A DNA stretch of 64,000 bases from positions 22,836,591 through 22,900,590 of the forward strand of contig CM119265.1 of the NCBI GenBank assembly GCA_051294375.1. The letters are read 5' to 3'. Of the stretch, positions 1 to 14,897 are shown one piece after another (within the stretch, counting starts at the first letter, position 1; every line of letters starts with the position of its first letter). Under the pieces are notes generated by a model, which saw only the letters and a program-made list of their open reading frames with translations, was not told the DNA's origin and made no database searches. The translations under genes were made by a program, and so were the position numbers. This DNA is from Paraspadella gotoi. Lineage: Eukaryota > Animalia > Chaetognatha.

Positions 1-25
1 ACACAGTACGGATGATAAAGTGTTA

Positions 26-1054
<1,029 letters not shown>

Positions 1055-2526
1055 ATGGAGGAGAGTGGGGAAAACCCTTTCGCGGATCCGTCAATCGCCC
1101 GGGCCGCGACGGGTTACGGGAGCAACGGAACGACTCAAAGTCACGGCCAGAGTCTCATGAGAGACTACAACCCTTTTGACGCCGCGGGAAATGCTCAAAC
1201 TCAAAGGGTAAGTAGTCTAGGAGGAAGAAAAAAGGGGGCGTGTTTTAAAAAAATAATAAACTAAAATCACCAGTCATTTCTTACATTTATGAAAGCGCTG
1301 AATTAACTAGCTGAATCAGGATGTTATGTTTAACTTTATGTTAAGCGGTTCCGCAGAAACTACTAAGAACCTTTCATTGTTCCTACTTATTTTTTAAAAT
1401 ACCTAAGGTTGAGCATCGTCTAACCCCGACTAATTAAATTAAATTCATCTTTTTATTCAGACTACCAGCCAGGCCTCCCGCCCTGATCCTTTGGAAGCAT
1501 ACAACCCGTTCGACAAGGAGCCGGGAGCCGCTGGTCGCGGCGCTTCCATGGCTTCGGGTGTTGGCGCTTTCGGCGCTCAGAAACCGGCCGCCGATCCGCC
1601 GCCGCCCTACGCCCAGTCTCCAGCACAAGCGGTTAGAATTTTATTTAGTTATTAAATTGTAGGGTTTAATTGTTTATTTGCTTTAAATTAAAAGTAACTT
1701 GAAATTCCTTTAAATTGAATTCGTCCAGATCGACACGGATAGTTACATGAGCGCGAAACGCGATCTTGACCGAAAAGCGCGCGAGTTGGAGGAAAGAGAA
1801 CAGCGCATGCGCGAGGAAGAGCAGCGTATCAGGGACGCTTCACGCCAGGGCCCCGCCGGACCCCCGTCTTCCTTCAACAACTGGCCGCCGCTGCCCCGCT
1901 GGTTCCCGCTCAAACCTTGCTTTTACCAGGACATCGACGTCGAAATACCCAGCGGACTCCAGCACCTCGTCAAACAAATGTATTACATCTGGCTGTACCA
2001 CTTTGTAATGCTTTTTCTCAACGTCTTGGGCACGTTGGCCCTGTTGTGCGTGAACGCGGACACGGGACAGGCGTTCGGCCTGGCTCTTCTTTACTTGGTC
2101 CTCTTCACGCCCTGTTCATTCGCCTGTTGGTTCCGCCCCGTCTACAAGGCCTTTCGCTCGGATTCATCGCTTAACTTTATGATTTTCTTCTTTGTCTTCG
2201 CGGCTCAGGCCTGCGTCTCCGTCATGCAGGCTCTGGGTATCCTTTCCACGGGGATGTGCGGCCTCTTCGACGGGATCAAAGTGATGAGGGGCGACAACCC
2301 CAATATAACCGTCGGCATCATCTGCATCGTCATCGGCGTCCTCTTTGCCTTCCAAGCCATCGTCGACTTCTTCATGCTCATTCGGATCCACAGACTTTAC
2401 AGGAGCAAGGACGGCGTCTCCATGTCGCAGGCGAAGAAGGACGCCATCTCCACGCTCATGAAAAACAAAGACGTGAGAGACACGGTCGTTGATGTTGGCG
2501 TGGCGGCCGCCTCTTCGGGACGATAG
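1055..2526 (+). CDS. SCAMP: Secretory carrier-associated membrane protein (SCAMP), 3 exons, ~373 aa
   Basis: Exons 1055-1207, 1461-1631, 1729-2526, all GT-AG and phase 0. Three NPF motifs (ENPF, YNPF, YNPF), a PPPY motif, coiled coil, NNWPPLP..PCFYQDI, four TM helices and the E-peptide CWFRPVYKAFRSD. Confidence 0.96.
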
Positions 2527-3104
2527 GCGGTTATATTGACAAAGCCGATCGTGTGTAAGTAAACCTCGTCGGTATTCATCGTTCTATATAACGTTGTAAA
2601 TAACTTGGTCGTTTTAAATTCAAAGTTTGGATAAATATTTTAAATTATGCACAAAAATCTTGGTCAAAAGGAGAATAAACTTTGTACCCCGACAAAAACT
2701 AGTCCAGCATAATAATCTCCGACAGCTCAGTCAGACAACTTGTTGATCTTATTTATAAATTTTGTATGAAAGTAATGATTTGAGATCTATTAAAGTAGTT
2801 TGTTGATCCGTTTCGTATTACTTTTCAATTATATTTTTTAAATAAAGTTTTAAACAGTTCATTTCTAAAAGCTATTCTAATTTAGTATTTATACGTTGAA
2901 TTTTTGTCTCACAACTGTTTTTAGAGCTAGAAAACTTTTTATCATTAAATAAACATTGTTTCATTTAATTGCTTATAAATGTAGCGTGGAGAGTAACGAC
3001 AGACGAGCGAGCAGGTAAATATTGACAAATAAAGGAACAATGTGAATATTTGACAATGTGGATGTAAACCAAAAAACGCAAGACATTTGATGTCTCAATC
3101 CGCC

Positions 3105-4121
3105 TCAATCATCCGACGATGTCTTGAGCGCGTCGCCCGAGTCTGCCGTCATATAACCGTTTGTCATCAGCGAGTCTCTTAAATTGGAGGCGTTCCGGAC
3201 TCCGGAAATCCTTCGACCGGCGACTCCCCCGAGCGCTTTCATCTTGATCCCGTTCTGCTCCAAATCTCCGTCCGCCCATTCGTAGCAGCCGTTCGAATGC
3301 GACCTTTCTTTTCCCCCCGACACCGCTTCGAACGACTCCAGCAGGTGGTCGCCCACGACGGCCGACCCGTTAGCCGCCAGCGTAACCGACGTTTGTCGCT
3401 GCGTCGTCGTCGATATCATGTGCTGCAGCCGCTGCCGCGCCACGACTGGTCGGCAGCGCAGACACCGCAGCGCGCGTTTAGCGGCGTCTCGTAGGCGGCG
3501 GCAGACTTTGAGAAAGTTGTCGTGAAAGAAGATTCGAAAGAGGATGTAGAACCAAGGATCGAGAATCTGATTGACGCACGCCAGTTTGACGAGAGAGAAA
3601 AACAGGTCGCCCCCGACCACGTTGGCGCCGGAGACTTGGTTGATGAAGACCGATACCATAAGCGGCGCCCACAACGAAGCGAAGGCGAATAGCGCCAACG
3701 TCAACGCCAGCATCTCGGCGTCGGCTTTGCGTTCGGCGGCGTCGCGTGATTTGACACCTTGCCGTTCTCGGAAGGAACCGGAGAATCTGTGAAGGGAGGC
3801 GTGGCTTTATTTAGTGAGAAGGGGGGAAAATTTCTTTTAACATGACCTGTAATTTCGGTTACTATTATAATTATTGTTACAACCTTCCATCCGGACAGGG
3901 ACTGGCAGACATACCTTTTGCAATAGACTAACGAAAAGAATAGCGAAGGCCCTGTAAGTGCAAGCTTTAAAATGACTCTAACACAGACTAGTTTAATACA
4001 ACTCTCATAGTAGCTTTCTCATAAATGAATTATTACTTAATTATTCTGTTAACCGTTAATCATTTAATGCTGTTCAATATGAACTGCTGTCGTTGAATTA
4101 AAGGAGCGCTCTCTTTTTAAC

Positions 4122-4152
<31 letters not shown>

Positions 4153-6518
4153 GTATCTAATAAATTGCATCAGACCATCCGGATTTTTTTGATTTCCGTA
4201 ATTTTAAGGGATGCCCGGATGTTTTTACTTTGCTCGTCTGCTTCGACAAACCTAAAATCCCGAACTCCCTTCCCGCCTCTCAGCGCCTACCCTAGGACCG
4301 ACCGTTTCCGGTATCGCCGCATCTGGCACATTGTCAGGATGGAGATGAAGTTCCCTACGGCGGTGACGCCGATGGAGAAGAGGCCGACCAATGAAAAGAC
4401 GTAAGGAAAAACGTGACGCGTCTCGTCGAATCTCATGTCGAAAAAGGACCACGTGTAGGGAAACATGACGACGTTGGCGCCGAGGGAAGGGACGCCGAGG
4501 GCGGGCAAACAGGCGATGGCGCAGGAGCAGGCGAAAGCGAGGATGATGCAGTGGAAGGCGTGGTGGGGGCGGACCAGGCGGTCGTAGAGAAAGGGTTTGC
4601 TGCGGTTGGGAGGAGTGTAATAGGGGAGATTGGGGGGCGAGAAGGAATAGTACGATATTTAATGACTCTATATTAGTAATGAGGCGAGTAAAATTCACAA
4701 TACACAGTATCTATTTAACTTTTTCAATAATTGTACAATAATTTTTGTATTTTTTTTAGGTTATTTTGTTATTAAAATTATATTAAAACACTTGCAATCT
4801 AATTTACATATTGTTGTCATTTAGGCCGAAAGTTGTATTTTACTTTTTTATTCAAATTAATGGATTAATGGATAATTTGGCACGAGCTCCATAAAAATAA
4901 AATCAAAAATTCAATTTTTATTATTGTGCAAATTTTACATGCTTTGAAAGCTGATAAGGACCAAAAAATAATGGAATTATTACTCGGTGGCATTTTACGT
5001 CTTATTCTTCAATAGAAATTTAGGGTTACTTTCCTCGTTATTAACGAAATAAAAAAAAATTCACAATTTTGAGAAATAAACACAAAAATTAATCCCGCAC
5101 ATTTATTGTAGTTTTCAAGAAATAAAAATTCAAACTAGTTTTCATTTCATTTTAAACTTAGTACTATTTTTTTAGACGAATTAATGTTTAAGGCTCGAAA
5201 CCACAATAAAGGAAATATTCAAAGCTCCTACCGAAGAGCGAGACATCTTTCTATCGCTATGACGGTTGCCATGAAGATCGTGTTGAATGCCGCCGTCAAC
5301 ATGTTGAAAGAGTAAAAGTGACACACGTTGGGTCCGCCGATCTCGGACCAGTTTCGCCCGTTGACGTAAAGACGCAGGACGAAGGGGCTGGTCAACATCT
5401 TGGGGACCGAGAAGTGGGGAAAGGGGGAAGTTAAGAGCGGAGAGATAGAGAGAGAGAGTGTGTGTGTGTGTGTGAGTGAGTGTGTTTTTAGGTCAAGAAA
5501 TACTCGGTTATTACGATACCCAGAATTCTTTTACCGGTATTGCATACACCCTTGTAATACAAACATACATTTTCATAATTAATGGAGATAATGGTCTACT
5601 GGCAAAAACCAATCAAGTTTTTCCAGATATTTCGGCTTAGGTTTCAAAATCGTCTTAGTTGGCGAAAGGGAAATTGGGGAAAAGTAAAACAAAATACAGG
5701 AGAGAGATTAAAAATAAAATAGAGAGAATCAAATTTATGCTAAAATTACTTATATATACCATTTCACCGTTATCTTCATTATTAAATTTAAATGAGCAGA
5801 TATTAATATTATTTTTTAACTTTGTGACAAATATTCTTGATATCACAAAGTTTTCAAATAATAATAAATGATTAGTAAGTAATTTATGAAAAAATGAAAC
5901 AATTTTAACATAAAGTTTTATTAAAAAGATTTCCGCGAGGATATCAATTTAATATTGAGGAGACAATGTTGTATGTCATAATCACAAATGCTTAAGTTCT
6001 AAGTTGACTGGTTATCCACCATCAGGTAAAACCGACTATCAATCACCCGTATTGATTTTTATCCTCTTCAGTAACCTGGATTCCTTTCAATCAATCACTC
6101 GCTGACAATGTTTTCGATTCTTCTGATTGCGCATTGCAAATCTCCCAGATTCCTTCTCATCGATCACTCGGCCTCAATCACCGCGTTCTTCACAATCAAT
6201 CACCCCTGTGTCAATCACTTCTTTTGATCACCCGACGTCAAATCACTCCCGATTCCCTTCCGCTCACCTGCCCGGCGAGATCGACGAGAATAAGAGCGAA
6301 GATGAGTCGATAGAAAATCGTCTGCCTCTGTCGTTTCCATGACGACGCGAGGATGACGATCGCGCAACAGTTGCCGATCAAACCCGAGACGAAGGACGGG
6401 AGGGCGAAGTCTGAGGCGGAGGCGGCGGCGACGAGGGCGGACTGGGCGGCGGAGAGATTGAGGGCGGGGAAGAGGCGGGGTGACGCGCGTCGCAGTCGGC
6501 GACGGGGAATGGAGACAT
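3105..6518 (-). CDS. Prostanoid receptor-like (EP2/EP4-like) class A GPCR, at least 4 coding exons; 5' end ambiguous
   Basis: Exons ~6518-6268, 5398-5232, 4599-4291, 3786-3105 join in phase. TM1 GLIGN, FYRLIFALILVDLAG, TM3 C...IERCLALRKPFLY, ECL2 FPYTWSFFD, DAEM, TM7 KLACVNQILDPWFYILFR are prostanoid-receptor signatures. The ATG at 6518 is 1 nt out of frame (see findings). Confidence 0.9.
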
Positions 6519-9344
6519 GGCGGCCAAGTGCGGGGGGGGGGGTGAGGTTAAGGGGGAAGAGGAGAGGTGAGAATGGTGAAGGTCGAGAGGAATTGGTAAG
6601 TTTTGCGTTAACGTTTCTTGTAAGTATTCGAAGTCGCGGGCGACAAAATATCAGGTGTACATTTGTACAATTGTACATTTATTTTCGAAAAAGGAGAGTT
6701 TTTTTTTTGATTGACGTAAATGCGTATATAGTACCTACATTTTTTAAAGATTTTTTATTTAGCTTTTTTCAAAATAATTTTTAGTCATTGTCATTTTCTT
6801 TTGCGAAGATGTGAATCGTGAAGGATTCAGCGAACGCCGAGTTCAGTTTCGAAAACTACATTTTTTTTGTGTGTTCGACATTCGAACAATTTGACAAATT
6901 GACAAATGGAAAATAAGAATCGCCTCCCCAGTTTGTTTTATTTGTTTTTTTCTTTTTTTTTTTCGAAAGCCGGATACGGAATTGAGATAAAGGTCGGTCC
7001 ACGTTCCACGAATCGCGTGTCCAAATTGTTGCCACTTTTTTTCTTGTGGCTCAAAAGTCACGAAAAAAAAAGTAGTTTGGTTTTTTTTTTTTTATCAAAC
7101 CTTTCACTCCGACTAATTCATGGAATTAAAATTTTTTGAAAAACTTTCAGATTCAAAGACGAGAAGAAAATCGTCACTTCTTTTTTTGGGGAAAAAAAAA
7201 AAAAGAGGAATTGACTCTTGGGGGTCGGGTGGCGAACCAAAAAAAGAGTAACGAATTTATCGCGTAAAAAAGANNNNNNNNNNTATCGCGTAAAAAAGAG
7301 TAACGAATTTATCGCGTCGTTTCGTGATTTAAGTCACTTCGTCTCCCCTTTCCTCGTTTGTCTTTTTATTTGTGTGTCATTGGCCGAAAACAATTTTTTT
7401 TTTTGGAGGGGGTTGTCTTTTGGAGAAATTCCTGAATCAATGAAAGAGTAATTGATAGTGAGAACGCCCGCTTTGGTTGTATTTTACGTGATTATAATTT
7501 ATATAGTTCAAAATAGTCTAGACGTCGTAACTATGTTTAAGAAAAAAAAAAAACCGTTGGCAAAATCAACAATGGTGCCAAAAGTTGTGAAAAAAATAAG
7601 TTATTTTATTTAGAAAAAATAAGATGAAAAATGAAAAGAAAAAAAAAACGAAATAAAGTTGAGAGAATAAAACTTAATTTTCACTCAAAAAAAAAAATCA
7701 GAAATAGAAATTTGATGTGCGATGTTCCGCTGTCACCGGTTTGGATGTCATTTTTCCTTCGAACAAACATCTATTGCCATTCGATCCGAAATCGAAAGAA
7801 ATTCAGTGACCCAATTTTTCCTCGCCCCGAAAACGAGTCTTTAAGTCGGCGAAGGTGTCAACAAAGATCTCTCATCGCTGACCCAAAAATTATGTCAAAA
7901 TGGAATCGAATCCCAACAAAATATTAAACTAATTTCGAACATGTATTTCTTTTCTCACTCTTGGGAACATGCGCTTTAGTCTAATTCGTATGAGCGTCAC
8001 TCATTGTTTGTAAATCAAAAAGCGATTTTAATTTAAGTTTGTTCGAATATCTTGGATTCAGTTTCAATCAAAATCCAATCAAGCTCCCATCGAAAGGAAG
8101 ATGTTTTTTTTTAGCCGACAAGGCCCCCGATATGAGAGCCCTGACGGCTCTCGAGGGCCTCCCGAGGGCCCCCCGAGGCTGGGGTGCGCTTCGCGATCGA
8201 TATTCGTGGGATCGAATGTCGAAAAAGTAATCATTAATCTTCCCAATTATTGACAATTTAATTTTTTAATTTAAAAATTACAAAAAGGTTTAATATGATT
8301 TTAAATGTTGAGAAATTATTAAAAAAGTTAAATTAAAGTTTAATTTTAAATTAGTGTTTTTTTTTTGCTCATGTAAAGACGACGGAATTTAAATTAATAC
8401 AAAATTTAATACAAAATGGTTGGGACAAAATATCTTTTTTTTTGTTGAAAAAGTGAAAAAAAAAAGTGGCTAAAGACGTTCGCAATCCGGACGCTTTCTC
8501 AAGCGCCCTCCTTTTATCGGGTTAAGTTTTCATCCTCCTCCTCCTCCTCCTCCTCCTCCTCCTCTTCCTTCTCCTCAGCATCTTCGTTCACCTCCTCTCA
8601 ACGTTTCATCTCTTTCATCTTCTTTCGTCGATTCTGATTTTGTCTTCCTCGTCTTCGTCTTCTCTTCCTCCTCTCCTCTCGCTCTCCTTCTTCCCTCTTT
8701 TAAATCCCTTTTCCTATCTCCCCAATGGGAGATTTTCTCCATTCTTTCCTAATCCCTCAATTTCTTTCTTCATATGTTCCCTCCTTTCTTACAATCTCCC
8801 TTTCCTGGCTTTATTCTCCTTCCCCACCCGAGCACCCTCTCATCCTCGACCGACCCGCCCTCCTCCGTTTCCATCGACGAATGACCTCGCAATTTCCGTC
8901 CGAATGCGGCGTCGTTTTGATTCCATCGACCGGCGTCGTTTTGGCTCCGTCGGCGGAGGAAATTCGAGGGCAAAACGGGACCGGAGTTAGAGGCGCTCGG
9001 TTTTTCATTGCTTGGGGCGCGGAAATTTGACCAGAGCTGATACTGCTGACATTGGCGCTGCGTGGGATACGGTTTAAAAGACACTTGCAGACCCTCAATA
9101 CCGGTTGCCGGTTGNNNNNNNNNNNNNNNNNAGAAAGATATAAAAGAAAAATTAGACAACGAAAGAAAACGAGAGATATAACTTAGCCAACCTTTTTAAC
9201 CAAGGCATAAAACCTTATTTTCTTTCATGGTGCCCGTGGAGCTCGGATATTTTTCCTCCCGTCCGTAGATTTTGAATTGTTTACATTCGTCCTCTAGCGG
9301 ATTTGTGGCTTCGCAAACTGACGGAGGTTCTGGTGGCGAATTTG

Positions 9345-9345
<1 letters not shown>

Positions 9346-9440
<95 letters not shown>

Positions 9441-10008
9441 ATGCATCTCTGGAAGGAAGTAGGAGGTTCCAGGGAGATAAATTTGTAGGAGGTTGAAGCA
9501 TGGAAGAAATTGTTTCTGACGAATGTAATGAGGTTTTAATGTTGCGCTTTTATGGAACGGGTCACAATGTTTCGGGAAACTCAAAATCAGTTATGACATT
9601 CAATCAAAGTAAGAAAGATTCTAAAAAGGAAAACGTGTTACTAGTTTTCGTGACAATCTCTTGAAAAATACTTAGGAAAATCGGTTACCTAATAGTTGGC
9701 GGTATATGCTCTTTTGCGGTAGACCACTAAAGAAAGAGTTCAGAGTCTCTTTATGCAAAAATGGACGATTTAATCTCGGTGGGCGGCGGCAGCTCCTCCT
9801 CGTGGTTGTCAGTGGCTGAGAAGGTTCGTGAGAGATCGAGAGATACGACGACGACGACGACGACGACGACGAAAACCTACGCCGACTCCCGTAAAAACAA
9901 ATTCAGGGTCACTCAACTCGTTCATCACGTGCGACCGTCGTTGTTGTTGTTGTCGTTGTTGTAATCGGCGTTGCGCTTGTCAATTTAGACGAGCGAAGGA
10001 GAAGCGAT

Positions 10009-10100
<92 letters not shown>
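9346..10100. repeat. (AG)n microsatellite blocks (9346-9436, 10010-10100)
   Basis: Direct inspection. They explain the ERER/LSLS pseudo-ORFs. Confidence 0.95.
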
Positions 10101-10103
<3 letters not shown>

Positions 10104-10198
10104 GAATCTCAAATGGACGCCTATCTTGAACCAGCGTCAGTTATCGCCTTTTTCCGCCGCGTCGAATCCTCAGGACTTAAGGGATCAAAGGAGAGAAG

Positions 10199-10775
10199 AT
10201 GACTTCGTCCGAAATCGCCCTAGTCACGTGACTTTCTTCAACGGTGGGCGTGGCCCTCTGTCTCCGGATTTATGGTGCGAAAATAAAAAAAAAAGGCTTT
10301 TTTGTTCGAGTCATCGCCGCCGGGATTTATTGTCGTCGTCGTTGTCGTAATTATCTCCGATCTGTCATTCAGATATCGATTGATTCTTTGTCTTCGACGT
10401 CGTTGTCATCTTGTTTTTTTCCCCTTTTTTCTATAATGTTGATGACAATTACGTCTATAGCTTCGTTGATATCGTTTTCTTTATCGTTATAGTTGTCATT
10501 TTTTTTCAAATGATTTTCTGATTCCCTCATTTCACTTTCTAAGGAAACTCGTCCAAGACGGAAATATGTACGACGACGACGACGATGACGACGACGACGT
10601 CGACCGTAACATTCACGGGTTCGTCGAGGTCGAAATCACGGAATCCGAGGCCGACGACGCCCATTTCGAGAATGAGCGTAACTCGCGCGCGAGGGGCACG
10701 CCCACCGGCGATGCGAAGATTGTGAGGACTACGACGAGGACGACAATAAACGAAATCGAGGGAACATTTTTGTGA
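10199..10775 (+). CDS. Putative small acidic protein (~86 aa, 2 exons) ending in ..EGTFL
   Basis: GC-rich coding-like exon 10544-10775 follows a pyrimidine tract/AG. Candidate first exon 10199-10227 (MTSSEIALVT, phase-2 donor AC|GTGACT) fits its phase. Inr-like TCAGTT at 10137. No recognisable homology. Confidence 0.3.
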
Positions 10776-12666
10776 AGTAGAAAAGATTTATTAAAGTTTT
10801 TTTAAATATTGTAATGACTATTATCTTTGATTACTTAAGTAGACTTAGTGCTATTTTCTCCCCATTTATGTCTATTTATTTTTGATGATATTTATTACTG
10901 TATTAAACTTTTTATTGGAAATAAACTTCCATTTTGGTTTACCTGTTTAATAATAACTGTTTATGATTTTATCTCAAATAGAAAAACGCTTTTATCCCCT
11001 TTTACGAATATTTATTACACTAAAACAACGAACATGTTTCAATAAATTTAAAATAGAACAAAGAATGTCAATTTGGTTGAATCCATATATCCGGAAAGAA
11101 ATATCCAGAATGTTTGTCATCTTTTGTTCCGCAATCATAAATAAAACTAAACAATACGTCTCGTCATTTTTCACTCGTGACGAACAAAGTGCGTCATGCG
11201 AGATCTCATTGGATCACAAACAAATAATTTCGAACCGCTGATTGGCTGCCGAGATAGTGGAAGCAAACTGTGATAAAAATATGTGGGCTTTCAATCAAAA
11301 TAGGTAGGTATCTGCGAACTATAATCGGAAAAAAAATGTGGAGGGGCTGTCGACAAAGGACGTATTTACATTCACGAGAACAATCAATATCGATATCTAG
11401 ATATATATAAACAATTCTCGCTATTTGTACAACTGAGAGAGAACGTGTCGAGATTCCAACTCGGATCAATTTAATCTCAAAATCAGAATCAAACTTTTTC
11501 AATTCGCTCCAAAGAGAAGCCGCTAATGGATTGCCAGATGTCGCCAGCCTAATAGTACCAATAATAAACCGAATTTTTTTTTTTAAGCCAAGAAAATTCT
11601 TTTTCAAATGGAAAACGTAGTAAACAGGACATTCTTCTCAAATTCGTAACGCCTAAAATAAAACCATTTTAGATTTAAGATTTTTAAATTGAAAAAAAAT
11701 ATTTCTTGGAGATTCGAAATCTTGTCGGTTTATTTCATCTTTCTTCGCGTCACGACTTCCTCTGTCTCTGTCTCTGTCTCACTCTCACACTCAAACCCAC
11801 AAACACACAAACAAACACAATTTCTCAATGCGTAGAAACATTTTCTATTAAGAGATCCCTTTATTTATCTTTTCTTTAAATTTAAAGAAAAAAAGAAAAA
11901 AGAAGTAAGACATTTTTGGCCATCTTAATTAAAAAAAATATGAAATCCGTTGAAAGCGATTCACATTTATTGGCGCAGCTACAAGTTATTTGACTTATTG
12001 ATCAATTGATATATAGATATTTTTATAGATTTATTAAGAAGTCTGTTATTATTTGTTTTTTTATGATCACTGATCAGTTATGATCTGAAGAGATCACAAA
12101 AAATTATCGTGATTATAATGTGTTTAGCTGATTACTGCTAAAATATCGTAGGCAGATCCGACATTGTTTGCTCAAACTTGTTATTTATTCTTTCTCTCCC
12201 CTTTGAGTTTTTCATCTCCCATTTCTAAAATTAAATTTCGATATGCCTCATTATATTTTTCTATTCTACACATCTCTTCATACAGCCGACCTTACATAAC
12301 AGAAAATTTATAACAAATAACGTTCGTATTAAAAAAAAAAAAATTATGGCTCGATGAAGTCAATAAAAATGATTTTATTTTACAATAAAAAAAAATTTAA
12401 AAAAAAAGTATGGATGTAACGAAAGCCATAATAGTTCTCGGCTGCAGTAAAAAAGATATAAAATTAATCCTTCTAACCGACAGACGATGGTGGCGCTAAT
12501 CTCGACAGGGAATAAAAATAAAGAAATGAATCCGTCCAACAGACGACGGTGGCGGTGATTTTGTGAATGACGATGGTGATAAGTGATCACTCAGTTTCTT
12601 TTTGAATTTTTTCTCACCTCGCTAACGCGGATGTGAGAAGAGAGAGGAGGAAAGGGACGGGGGAAA

Positions 12667-14897
<2,231 letters not shown>

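Noticed and set aside
2237-2245. Perfect U12-type donor GTATCCTTT
   Set aside because: Lies inside the continuous SCAMP coding frame (GILS); no intron is needed.
7244-7316. Short direct repeat either side of an N-gap
   Set aside because: Typical contig-overlap artefact.
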